A stretch of DNA of 64,000 bases, from assembly GCF_009914755.1 (NCBI RefSeq), contig NC_060926.1. The stretch is one strand, 5' to 3'. The position numbers were made by a program, and so were the translations under genes. Shown here in pieces: positions 13,281 to 27,585 of the stretch. A model generated the notes under the pieces. It was not told the DNA's origin, made no database searches, and was given only the letters and a program-made list of their open reading frames with translations. Positions within the stretch are counted from its first letter, which is position 1; each line of letters begins with the position of its first letter. The stretch is from the human T2T-CHM13v2.0 reference genome, Homo sapiens.

Positions 13281-15337
13281 CTAACACTGGTGCTCCCAAA
13301 TTTATAAAACAGTTCTACTAGGCTGAAGAAATGAAACAGACGCAGCACAATAATAGTGGGGGACTTCAATACTCCGCTGACAGCACTAGGCAGGTCATCA
13401 AGACAGAAAGTCAACAAATGGATTTAACCTATGCTCTACAACAAATTCGCTTAGCAGATATTTACAGAACATTCTACCCAACAACTGCAGAATATTACAT
13501 TCTATTAATGAACACATGGAACATTCTCCAAGATAGACTACATGACAGGCCACAAAACAAGACTCAACACATTTAAGAAATTCAAAATTATAGCAAGTAC
13601 TGTCACAGGCCACAGCAGAATAAAGTTGGAAATCAACTCAGAAGGAACCCTCAAAACCATGAAATTACATGGAAATTAAATAAACTTCTCCTGAATGATC
13701 ACTGGGTCAACAATGAAATCAAGATGAAAATGTAAAAATTATTTGACTCGAACAATAGCAGTTACACAACCTATCAAAACATATGGGATACAGCAAAGGC
13801 AGTGCTAAGAGGAAAGTTCATAGCATTAAGTGCCTACATCAAAAAGTCTGAAAGAGCACAAATAGACAATCTAAGGACATACCTCGAGGAACTAGAGAAA
13901 TAAGAACAAATTAAACCCAAACAAGGCAGAAGAAAAATATAACCAAGATCAGAGCAGAGCTAAATGACATTGAAACCAAAAAACAATGCAAAATATAAAT
14001 GAAACAAAAAGCTGGTTCTTTGAAAAGATGAATCAAAGTGATATACCATCATCAAGATTAACCAAGAAAAGAAGAGAGAAGACCAAAATAAGCTCAATTA
14101 GAAATGAAATGGGAGATGTTACAACTGATACCACAGAAATACAAAAGATCTTTTAAGGCTAGTATGAACACCTCCATGCACCTAAACTAGAAAACCTAGA
14201 GGATATGGATAAATTTCTGGAAATATACAACCCTCCTAGATTAAGCCAGGAAGAAATAGAAACTCTGAACAGACAAAAAACAAGCAGTGAGTTTGAAATA
14301 GTAATTAAAAAGTTACCAACAACAACAAAAAGTGCCCAGTACCTGATGGATTCACAGCTGAATTCCTATCAGATATTCAAGGAAGAGTTGGCACCAATCC
14401 TATTGACACTATTCCACAGGATAGAGAAAGACTGACTCCTCCCTAAATCATTCTATGAATCAAGTTTCACTCTAATACCAAAACCAGGAAAGGACATAAC
14501 AAAAAAAGAAAACTATAGACCAATATTCGTGATGAACATAGATACAAAATCCTCAACAAAATACTAGCTAACTGATCCTGACAGCATATCAACAAGGTAA
14601 TCCACCATAATCAAGTGGGTTTCATACCAGGGATCCAGGGATGGTTTAACATCCACAAGTCAATGAATGTGATATACTACATAAATTGAATTGAAAACAA
14701 ATATCACATGATTATTTCAATAGATACAAAAAAAGCATTTGACAAAATCCAGCATCTCTTTACGATTAAAACCCTCAGCAAAATTGGCATAGAAGGGACA
14801 TACGTTAAGGTAAAAAAAGTCATTGATGACAAACTTCCAGCCAACTTTATACTGAATGGGGAAAAGTTGAAAGCATTCCCCCTGAGAACTGGAACAAGAC
14901 ATAGATGCCCACTATCACCACTTCTATTCAACATAGTACCGGAAGTCATGGCCAGAGCAATCACACAAAAGAAAGAAATAAAGGGCATCCAAAACAGTAA
15001 AGAGGAAGCAAACTGCTACTATTTGCTGATTATATCATTGTATACCTAGAAAACCCTAAAGACTCATCCAAAAAGCTCCTAGAACTGGTAAATTACTTTA
15101 GCAAAGTTTCGGGATACAAAATTAATGTACATAAATCAGAAGCCCAGCTATACACCAACAGCAACCAAGCTGAGAATCAAATTAAAAAGTCAACCCCTTT
15201 TACAATAGCTGCAAAAATAAAATAAATTCCTTAGGAATATACTTAGCCAAGGAGGTGAAAGACCTCTACAAGGAAAACTACAAATCATTGCTGAAATAAA
15301 TAATGGATGGCACAAACAAATGGAAACATATCCCATG

Positions 15338-15699
15338 TGACATGTTTTGCTGTCTCTCCATCCAAATCTCATCTTGAATTCCCACATGTTGTGGGATGTG
15401 GGAGGGACCCAGTGGGAGGTAATTGAAACATGGCGGCAAGTCTTCCCTGTGCTGTTCTCATGAAGTGAATAAGTCTCACAAGACGTGATGGCTTTAAAAA
15501 GAGGAGTTCCCCTGCACAAGCTCTCTCTCTTTGCCTGCTGCCATCCATGTAAGATGTGCCTTGCTATTCCTTGCCTTCTGCCATGATTGTGAGGCTTCCC
15601 TAGCCACGTGGAACTGTAAGTCCAATTCAACCTCTTTCTTTTGTAAATTGCCTAATCTCAAGTATGTTCTTATCAGCAGTGTGAAAACAGACTAATACG
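15338..15699 (+). mobile_element. THE1A-like solo LTR inserted in L1PB ORF2
   Basis: THE1 body; 5-bp TSD ccatg at 15333-15337 and 15700-15704; L1 sequence is continuous across it. Confidence 0.93.
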
Positions 15700-16954
15700 C
15701 CATGCTCATGTATGGGTAAAATCATTATTGTGAAAATGACCATATTGTCAAAAGCAGCCTACAAATTCAATGCAATTCCCATCAAAATACCACCATCATT
15801 CTTCACAGAATTAGAAATGACATTCCTAAAATTCGTATGGAACTAAAAAAGAGCGCTCATAGCCAAACCAAGCCTAAGGAAAATAACAAATCTGGAGGCA
15901 TTACATTACCTGATTTCAAACTACACTGTAAGGCTGTAGTCACCAAGACAACATGTACTGGTATAAAAACAGGCATATAGACTGATGAAACAAAATAGAG
16001 AACTGGAAATAGAGCTAAATACTTACATTCAACTGATCTTTGACAAAGCAAACAAAAACATAAAGTGGGGAAAGAGTACCCTATTCAACAAAATGATGCT
16101 GGGATAATTGGCAAGCAACATGTAGAAGAATAAAACTGGGACCTCTTCCCTCACCTTATAAAAAATCAACTCAAGATGGATCAAGGACTTAAACCTAAGA
16201 CCTGAGGCCATAAAAATATCTAGAAGATATCATTGGAAAAACCTTTCTAGACATTGGCTTAAGCAAAGACTTGATGACCAAGAACCCAAAAGCAAATGTG
16301 ACATAAACAAAGATAAATAGATGGGACTTAATTAAGCTAAAAAGCTTCTGCACAGCAAAAGAAATAATCAGCAGAGTAAACAGACAACCTAGAGAGTGGG
16401 AGAAAATCTTTGCAAGCTATGCATCGAACAAAGGACTAATATCCAGAGTCTACAAGGAACTCAAACAAATCAGCAAGACAAAAAACCAAACAATCCCATC
16501 AAAGAGTGGGCTAAGGACATAAATAGACAATTCTTAAAAGAAGATATACAAACAGCCAACAAATATATGAAAACATGCTCAACATCACTAATTATTAGAG
16601 AAATGCAAATTAAAACCACAATGTGATACCAACTTACTTCTGAAAGAATGGTCATAATTAAAAAATCAAAGAAGATGTTGGTGTGGATGTGGTGAAAAGG
16701 AAACACTTTTACACTGCTGTTGGGAATGTAAACTAGTACCCCATATGGAAAATAGTGTGGAGACTCCTTCAAGAACGAAAAGTAAATCTACTATTTGATC
16801 CAGCAATCCCACTCATGTGTATCTACCCAGAGGAAAAGAAGTCATAATATAAAAAAGATACTAGCAAGTGTTTATAGCAGCACAATTCGCAATTACAAAA
16901 ATACGGAACCATCCCAAATGCCCATTAATCAATGAGTGGATAAAGAAAATGTGC

Positions 16955-16994
<40 letters not shown>

Positions 16995-17105
16995 ATATAT
17001 GTGTGTGTGTATATATATGTGTATATATATATGTGTGTATATATATGTGTGTGTGTGTATATATATATACACACACACATACCTACACACACACATACAC
17101 ATGCA
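16955..17105. repeat. (TA)n/(TG)n/(CA)n compound microsatellite near the L1PB 3' end
   Basis: Seen directly. Confidence 0.95.
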
Positions 17106-17483
17106 TACTATGGAATACTACTCAGCCATAAAATAAATGAAATAATGGCATTTGCAGCAACCTGGATGGAACTGGAGACCATTATTCTAAGCGAAGTAAC
17201 TCAGGAAGGAAAAACCAAACATCATATGTTCTCACGCATAAGTGGGAGCTAAGCTGTGAGGACCCAAATGCATAAAAATGATACACTGGCCTTTGGGGAC
17301 TTGGGTGAAAGGGCGGAATGGGGGCGAGGGATAAAAGACTACACATTGGGCAAAGTGTACAGTGCTTGGGTGATGGGTGTACCAAAAGCTGAGAAATCAC
17401 CACTAAAGAAGTCATTCATGTAACCAAACATCACCTATTCCCCAAAAACCTATTGAACTAAAAAAAAAATAAAAAAGAAGAAG

Positions 17484-17946
17484 AAATGTTCACAAAACCT
17501 TTGACACTGGTTGCATTAAGAGATAGAGCATATTTTCCCTCCATTTGACAATATGCTGGCCTCAGTGAGTCACTTCTACTATTTACAATGCTGCAGAAGT
17601 GTTGCTGTGTTTTTGAAGACTAGTTAAGAAAATACAATAAGGGTTCCTCTGAGCTCTATCTTTCGGGATACTCCTCCCTTGAAACCTTGCTGTTCTGCTC
17701 TGAGGAAGCCTGAGCTACATGTAGAAACCATGTGTAAGGGTTCTCTGCCCAATAGCCGGGCCTGTGAGTGAGAAATCTTTTGATAACTCCAGTCTCAGAC
17801 ACTGAGTGCAGTCATATAAGAGACTCAGCTAACTTCTGCACAGTCAACCCTCAAACCATGAAGCTAATATTAATAAATGAGTGTTGTTTTTGTTGTACAC
17901 CATTATGTCTGTGGTGATTTTTAGTGTAGCATTAACAATCAAAACA
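17484..17946 (+). mobile_element. MLT1 (F/G/H-type) LTR, main portion
   Basis: ctttgacac..ttttccctccatttgac..cagaagtgttgctgtg..gaggaagcctgagcta..aataaatgagtgttgtttt..aaaca. Confidence 0.7.
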
Positions 17947-17949
17947 ACT

Positions 17950-18190
17950 GCCAAGAGCATAAGCTAAGAAATCAAAGGGACTAGTACTTGGATTTAAGCT
18001 TAACGATTTCCAGCTATATGACTTTAGAATTGTCACTTTAAATTATCTGTAAATTGAGAATAAAAGTATCTATTTCATAAAATTGGCTTGGGTATAAATG
18101 AAATGTACACAAAGTATCCTTCACAGGATCTGGAGCATAACTAGCCCTTGACACTTTACATAGCGCTGAGTCTTATTATTGTCATTATTA
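17950..18190 (+). mobile_element. MIR
   Basis: agctatatgacttt..atctgtaaattgagaataaaagtatctatttcata. Confidence 0.65.
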
Positions 18191-21100
18191 TAAAACTTTG
18201 AGTGCACCCTAATTAAAATAATTTACATATACGTTTCTACTAAAAATTCCCAAGTTCTGTCATTCATTAATCAAAGTTAAATATTTCTTCTAATATTAAT
18301 GTTGACTCCCAAATATAGGCTAGATTCCCATTCTAGTTGAATATTGACTTTTCAAATATAATTTTTCTATATGTGGAAGGCACAGAACTAAAATACATTG
18401 TGTAGATTTTCTGTCTGTATTTTCTGCAGAATGTTTAGAAATCTTTGAATGTCCAAGAAAGCAATGCATTGCTCTTTGTGGCCGTCCAAACCTTATTAGA
18501 AAAATCTTAATTCCTCTTAGCATTAAAATTTATATTATAATTAGACCTTCACCCATTTGAAAATATCCACTGGTCATTCGTTTAAAGTAGAAAAGAAAAA
18601 GGAAAAGATTTCCTCTGGAGCAGTTGCATGGTTGTATATGTGGAGCATTATCAATCTCATATATTTTAAGACTTGTAAACTACAGAGGCACTGAAACTAT
18701 TGCCAAGTATATAGAAACTATGTTTGTAAACAAAATCTCAGAAGATTGAGGAACTTCTTTACAAACTCAATACAATGCAATGTGATGCAAATAGATCTAT
18801 TTCCTTTCATTTCTTCTGTTAAAATATGAGATGGTTACTACCACATTCTTTACAAGTGGGAAAAATCATCTGTAAGGAACTCAACCATAAAAAGTGTAAT
18901 CACCAGCAAATTTTTCTTTAGCATAGGAAGCACTATTTTCTAATTTCTTGCTCATGATAAAAGACTAGAAATGAAACAGTTTCTGTGTGGTTATGTAAGA
19001 TGTTATGCCTAAAAATCCTATTAAAAATGCCAAAAGTGCCTGGAGATTGTAGTGCATTAAATGAGTTTGCATTGTTCCTTATACCTCTCAGACTTCTGTG
19101 TCAAAATTTTTAGCACACAAACGATTCTTTATTATACGATCTCAAATACAGGATCTCAACTGCATAGCAAGATAATTTTATTCTGTTTCAATATTAGAGT
19201 TGAGAGTCTATACCACAGTAAGAGAACAAGGAAGTTCCATTTACTTTCCAGAGGTAATATTTGTAAACTCAAAGACATTAAAAAGAGAAAAATGGCTGAG
19301 ATGCTATATTCATCCTAATAGTGTTTATGTAAGTCTGGTGAAACACATTTACCTTTAAGAGCCACATAAATGCTTTGCAAATATCTGTAAAGTTCAGGAG
19401 AAAGCCTCAAAGCCCTCGTTATTTTTGTGACAGTGATAGGTGAATGATAAACCCCTTTGCTATGTAAGGAACTTTGAAGCAAGAATAAAGTCTCAACCTT
19501 TAGAAAATTAACCTTTGCAGACATTCTTTGCTGTCACTAATATGTAGGTTATCACATTGGCCAAATTTCTCCTCAAGGTATGGCAGTCCCACATTTTCAC
19601 TGCTCAGCTTGTTCAGTACTGTCTAATTAACAGCTATTCCTCTCTTTTCAGGCCTTTTCTTACTTGAATGTTAGTTTCTATAGCAGAGTCCCAGATAGTC
19701 AGCGACCCTGCAGCAATGATCAAGAAAAGGGCTCCAACAGCTGGTGTGAACATTCTGAAGCCAATTAGCTCATGGTTCATTCCTCTCCCATCCTCCATCA
19801 CAGCAAATGAAGACTGCCTCCTCTTGCCTTTATCCTATAGTCCTGGTCATGCTTCTTGTCTTTTAGGACATACAAACCACTATTTCCTTTTTGTTCTGCC
19901 TTTAAACTTGGGGAGGGGAGAGTAGAGAAATAAGGTGGGGGTGCGAGAGGCTATGATCAAGAGATGTACCTGGTAAGAGAGGACTGCTTTCTCTAATCCC
20001 TAGAAATTGCAATCTTTAGCATTTCCTCTAAAGATTGAGATTGCTACAAGAATTATTATTCAAATAAGCTTTCAGAAGAATGATTTTGAATATTTCAGCT
20101 TGCTTTATAATAATGAAAATTTTTCCGTTTGATTTTTAGTGATAGATTTTGAAAACATCCCTGAAAGCCCTTCTAAATTTTAAGTCAAATAAAAACATAG
20201 TCAAAAATATATTTAGCACTTTGAGTGATTAGTAGATTCATTTTGCATGGTCTAAATTTGGAACAGGGTTACATTTTTTATATATTAATATTTTCATAAG
20301 TGAAAGCTCCCTATATAATTAATGTTTTATATATGTTTTGTGTTTATGATGAACAGAACTAGAAAAGTATTTTTGTTAATACTGCCATAATCTAATCCAC
20401 CTGTGCAGCCCCAGGGATTTAGATTTTTTCTTTTACTATAGGAATTCCTAGTCAGATAAAATGTTTTATTACATATGTAGGCTGCCACAAAACTATATTA
20501 AGTGTGCCAAAGGCAACGAGGTTAGGTGGTCATTTTCATTTCTCAGGACAGCCAATTGTAATTACACATGAATCTCATAAAGTTGGGGGAAAAAGACACA
20601 TGTTCCCTTTCCTGCATAATACTTGAGGGGAATGGGCTAAGGTGTGCCCGTTTTCTTTCTAGCTGGTATGGCAGTGTCCTCAACGTGTCTAAACACAATA
20701 TACCCTGACTCCATGATTAGAAACTTCAAGTATATTGTTTTCACTTCTGTTTCTACATTCAGCACAGATTTATTAAACTTTCCATGCATCAAGATTGTAA
20801 GAAAAAGGAGTCGGTGATACAAAAGTACATAATTCCATTATTGAACAGTTCATGATCTAATGAATTCTCCAATAGTTTTGGCTCCAAAGGTCTAGTTGTA
20901 CTCACCTCTTTTTTATTTGTTGTTGTTGTTGTTTACAGGTACATAAATGATATATGAAGGTTCATTTTAAAAATCTGAACAAAAAAGAAGTGTATACTAT
21001 GAATATTAAATGTTCTCTTCTACTTTGACCTACACCCTATTCCATATCCTTCCCTTCCCTAAAACTAGCCCCTTTAACATGAAGTACGTTGTTCTGATAC

Positions 21101-21577
21101 TTCTTTATACTTCTTCTTGATGCTAAGACATCCTTTTTCTAGGCATTTGCATATCTATTACTGGAAATGACACGTTAAAATGAAATTTTCTAGGTCTTAA
21201 CATTTTAACTGAAGACTCAGTCTTAATTATCTCAAAGCCAAGAAAATGGGGTGCCAATTAAGGGCAAATTATAAGTTAAACTTTTAAACCATTTGCAAAG
21301 AGGGTGGCTACGTCTAGCTCAACGACTGGCTTGTCATCAGTTACATGACAGGTTATACCCTCTTTTTTCTCAAAAAAAAGAACATAGAAATCACGTCACA
21401 GCATACTAAATATCCCTTTAAAGAAATTCATATTCTCCAATTCCTTTAGAAACCTAATGGATTCCACCATTCTTTTATATATTTGGAGGTAAATAATAGG
21501 CAAAACTTGGGATAAGCAGTTGTAGAACTTGGCCTTTTGGAGTCTGAGAATATGGTCTGATAAAAACTTGAAATCTC

Positions 21578-22697
<1,120 letters not shown>

Positions 22698-22941
22698 TAG
22701 ATAACATGTATACTTATTTAGTTTGGGGATATGAGGCAAAATATTATTTTATAAATATGTATAATCTAATGATATTTTTATATATAGCAATATCTAATGA
22801 TATATATGTATATATATAAAATCTTCATTTAATTTTCTTTTGTGAACAATTATTCTCAGAAATATTGGCAACTCAATAACAGCCAATTTACCCTTTTTTT
22901 AGTGCTTTTCAACATTCAATATTCAACATTTAATAGTATTC

Positions 22942-23457
22942 ATGTCAGTGGGCATGTCTTCAATTGCACCTAAGAGAAAATCAACTCAACGTAGGTTATT
23001 AAATAATAAGGGACAATTATCTCACCAAAGAGGATACACAAGACAAGGCAACCCTAAGGTTGATAGATTTGTCAGCTCATCGGTGTCCTTCAAAGCCCAG
23101 GGTCTTGCCATTGCCTTCTGTGCCACATTAGCAAGATGGTGTGGTACACAAGTCAGCTCCAGCAGTGGTTACAAAATGGCTGCCAGATATCAACCCAGAC
23201 TTGACCATGTCCACCAGAAAAACATTTCTTCTTGTTTGTCTTTTTTTTTTAAGTTCATGAGAGCTTTCCCTAGAAGCCCCTCTCTTCATATCCCATTAAC
23301 CACTTGTAAATCAATTTTTCCCACAGTTAATAGAATTACCATTCTATTAACTCAGAATAATCAAGATCGATCATTATGTTGAAGAAAAAGTTACCTTCTC
23401 TGAACAAAAAGCTGTAAAAGAGAAGGCAAAAGCCTGCAAGTAAAATAGAGCTTTGCT
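22942..23457 (-). mobile_element. Old MLT1 (K/L-type) LTR
   Basis: ttcaattgcacctaagagaaaatcaactca..ggttacaaaatggctgcca..ttccctagaagccccc..ctcttcatatcccatt. Confidence 0.6.
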
Positions 23458-23831
23458 AGTATTCTAATCTATATGGGCTGCTATAACAAAGTGCCATAGA
23501 CTGTCTGGCTAGTAAAAAAAAAAACAGAAATGTATTTATCATAGTTCTAGAGGCTGGAAGTCTGAGATCAGGGTGCCAGCATGGTCAAGCTCTGGGGAAG
23601 ACCCTATTCCAGGTTCTGTATGCCCCTCTTCCCATTGTATCCTTACATGGCAGAAAGAGGGATAACAACTCACTGGGGCCTCTTTTACAAGGGCACTAAT
23701 CTTATTCACAAGGGCTCCACGTTTACGATCTAATCACCTCCCAAAGGGTCCACCTCCTAATATCATCATATTGGTGGGTAGGATTTCAACAAAAGAATTT
23801 AGGGAAGGACACAAACATTCAGTCTATTGCA
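23458..23831 (-). mobile_element. MLT1A-type LTR
   Basis: gggctgctataacaaagtgccatagactg..gaggctggaagtctgagatcagggtgccagcatgg..ggacacaaacattcagtctattgca. Confidence 0.88.
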
Positions 23832-23869
23832 GTCAGCAATAAAGAAAAATTAAACATTGTTATGTATAG

Positions 23870-24311
23870 TGTCAGAAAGGGTACTGGCAATAAATCAATG
23901 GTTCACTGAAACCTTGAGGAGAGTTAACTATAGGAACTATTTACAAAGGTGTGAGTGGGCCTTAAAAAACCAGACAATGGATAGTGCAGAACTTTGTGGC
24001 TCACTATAGCAGGGAGCTGTTACCACCTCAGGCCTGAAAAAACAAGGAAAGTTTTCTACCAGAATGGGGACCTGACTGAAATTGTGGCCTGTATGAGAGA
24101 GAAGCATCTAACCCACAGTGACTTAGCATGGAAGGAGTCAGTATAATAAATATTCAGCCTTATTCTAATCATCCTTCCACTTACTAGTGAGGCCCAAACA
24201 GAAGCAAAAGTCTGTGGTTGTACTCCACAGAGTTTAGCTTCCAAGGTCCACACAAGATAGACATAGGTAGAAAGTGAAGATCTGGAGGAGAAATGGAAAA
24301 TACCCAACACA
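23870..24311 (-). mobile_element. LTR33-like ERVL LTR
   Basis: The reverse complement starts tgtgttgggtattttccatttctcctccagatc, as in LTR33. Confidence 0.7.
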
Positions 24312-25483
24312 GATCCCAACAATCATAATTACTACTAAAAGTATAGCAAATGTTAACAGAAAAACTATTTTGTATCAGAAATAGTGTCTGCTATAGTACT
24401 TAGGGGCAATCATTTATTCAAAGCTCCATCCAATTTTGAACTATTATAAAAACATAACAGTTACCCTTTTTTTACATATGTGTGAGTATGTGTCCAGATT
24501 AGTAGAATTGCTGAAACAAAGAGTATGCAAATTTAAAGTTTTGCTAGATATTGCCATATTGCCATTTAAAAATGTTAAACCAATTTACACTTCATTTTTA
24601 AAACTTGCCAAAACTGGATTAAAAATTATTCCCAAACTGGATGGGTAAAACATGAATTATTTTTATTTTAATTTGCATTACTATTGAGGTTGATTTTTTT
24701 TCATATTTTTATATAGAGATGGAACATCTTTTCATTTTGGCCACTTTACATGCTTTCATTGAGTATATTATCTGCCTATATTTTTTGCCCAGTTTTTTAA
24801 TAGGATTGGTTTTTCTCTTTCGTTTAACTATTATCTGTTATGAATATTTATCCTTAATGTGTTACTTATTCTATTTTTTGTTGTTGCTTATTCTTATTTC
24901 TCTTCATGAAACTTTTTGCAGAAATTTTAATTTTTATGTGGTCAGGTCTGTCAGTCTTTCACTTTCTGTTCAATTTGTTGTGTTGCTTAAAAAAGTATTC
25001 TGCCCCACAGTTCTATAAAATTATTCTTTCATATTTGACCAGTTAAAAATAATGTCTTTAACCTTTAGCTATTTAATCTTTAAGGGAGTTAATTCGTGTA
25101 TTTTTGTGTATAATGTAAATTGGACAACAAATAGTTTTCCCTAATGGATAATCAATCACTGTATATAAATGTCACTTATAATTTCCACACATATTTAAAA
25201 GTAACTTTTTCATGAATCTGTTTCTTGGCCTTTTCACTAATCCAGTTGTCTATTTCTGCTGCTCATGTTACAAGTAATATAACTCTTCTGTGATCTCAAA
25301 AATGGCAGTTCTTAGCTATTTCACTAATCCAGCTGCCTATTTCTTGTGCTTATGTTACATATCTGATTACTATAACTTTGTAGTATGTTATATAAGATAT
25401 TTATGTTATATAAGATACTTATTTAATTTTTGTCATCAATTTTTTATAATTTTCTTGGATATTGTTATGAAATTGTACTTTTA

Positions 25484-25802
<319 letters not shown>

Positions 25803-26189
25803 TTAATATGAGGATCATTTTCCAAATTCTACAATAATCTTATTGAACTTTTAAAGGAGGATTGTGTTAAATTTATAAATTATTTAAAACACAATTGGTA
25901 CTTTAACATTCACTCTGGCACTGTTTTTTGTGTCTTTTTTGTGTCTTTGATATTTTTCCCTGGAGCCTTGCACATTTTCTCTTTGCTATATTGCTAAATC
26001 TGTTGTAAATTTTTTCCTCAGTTTTAAAGGGTGTCTTTTTCTGTTATACTTTTTTCTTCGCTTTGGCTGACCTATATGTAAATGTTTATGCATTTTAGTT
26101 TTATTTCTAGCTTTTATACTTACTCACAAATGATTTTATTTTATCTGATTCTTTTGGATTTTCTTAAAGAAAATTTTGTGACCTCTTGT

Positions 26190-26834
26190 TTAAACGGGAG
26201 AGTTCCCTGATCCCCGTCGCAGGACATGCGACAGGGGTGTGGCTCACCTGTTCAGTCGCTGCTTAAGTGTTAATCAGCTCAATGGACTCTCTGCCTTTCT
26301 GCAAGGGCAGGGGGCCAGTGCAATAGCTTTCTGTATCCCTAGCTATTGTCCAGCTTCCCGGAAAAACGGGTCACACATCAACTGGAAAGATGAGTGCAAA
26401 AGTTTTATTGAGTGGTGGAAGTGACTCTCAGTGGGATGGATGAGAAGCTGGAAGAGGGGCATGGAGTAGGAAGATGTTCTTCCCTGCATCCTGGCTATCC
26501 AGCAGCTAAACCCCTTTCTGACCACCCCCAGCCAAACTGCTGCGGGCGTTTAGAGGTTCCTCCTCCTTTCTTTCTCTGCTGTGTTATTCCACTGACCCTC
26601 TGGTTGCCTGCTTGTTTCCTGGTCTTGTCTCTCATCTGCTTCTGGATCCTGGGGTTCGGAGTTTATATGGGTACAGGATAGGGGAGTGTGGCAGTCCAAA
26701 AGGCAACTTTTTGGGAGCAAAACCAGAAATGCCTGTTCCCATTTAGGGCCAGGGGTCTTCACGCTTGAGGGTGGGGCCTTTGCCAGGGAACCGCCCTCTT
26801 CTACCCAGTGTTTCCCTGTCTCCTGCCCATATCA
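26190..26834 (-). mobile_element. LTR1-family (ERV1/HUERS-P2-related) solo LTR
   Basis: The reverse complement starts tgatatgggcaggagacagggaaacactgggtagaagagggcggttccc and ends gggaactctcccgttt. TATA-like ccatataaac and an AATAAA are present. Confidence 0.8.
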
Positions 26835-26900
26835 CAAATAATAATAATTCTGTTCTCTTTTATTTTTAAATATGAATTTATCTTAGTTTTTATAAATGCT

Positions 26901-26903
<3 letters not shown>

Positions 26904-26943
<40 letters not shown>
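26904..26943. repeat. (CT)n microsatellite
   Basis: Seen directly. Confidence 0.95.
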
Positions 26944-26948
<5 letters not shown>

Positions 26949-27243
26949 CATCCATTATCTGTAGTAACATGTTAAAGTCATGATGGGAAGACATTCTTGA
27001 TGTTTTCATTAATGAAATTCTCTTGATAATTCTCCACTACTACAGATTCTGAGTTTTAAAAACTTTATTATTTATTTTAAAACAACTTATCCTTCTTATC
27101 TTAGTTTACTAAAATGTTGGCAGATTTATGTAACTATCTGAAGTCATTTCTAGACTTCAGATATTTACAAAATATCAGGCATCACAGAAGAGTTACATCA
27201 TTGTCATTATCATCATTATCATCATCAAATAATAATAAAATTA

Positions 27244-27362
27244 GTCTGTCATGGTGGCTCACACCTGTAATCCCAGCACTTTGGGATGCCAAGGCAGTAA
27301 GACCACTGAGCCCAGGATTTCAAGACCAGCCTAGGCAAAATAGTGAGACCCTGTCACAAAAA
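27244..27362 (+). mobile_element. FLAM / Alu left monomer
   Basis: Single left arm; flanks aataataataaaattag / aataataatgaaattag. Confidence 0.85.
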
Positions 27363-27394
27363 TGATAATAATAATAATGAAATTAGAATGGTGA

Positions 27395-27585
27395 ATAAGT
27401 AGAGAGATATTGTTCTAAATATGTATGTGTAATAACACATTTAATCCTTATAAGTAATTTCTGAATTATGTATTTTTATGAGCTCCATGTTACATGAGAA
27501 ACGTATGAAAGTGCTGGAGGTGGGAAGTGGTTTCCATAATTATGGTTCCAGTAACCATGCCCTTAGACACCACAGTTTGTTGCAT
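27395..27585 (-). mobile_element. MIR fragment
   Basis: catttaatccttataa..ccatgttacatgagaaac. Confidence 0.5.

Noticed and set aside
22942-23382. 146-aa ORF
   Set aside because: It lies within an old MLT1 LTR, with no recognisable domain or exon context.
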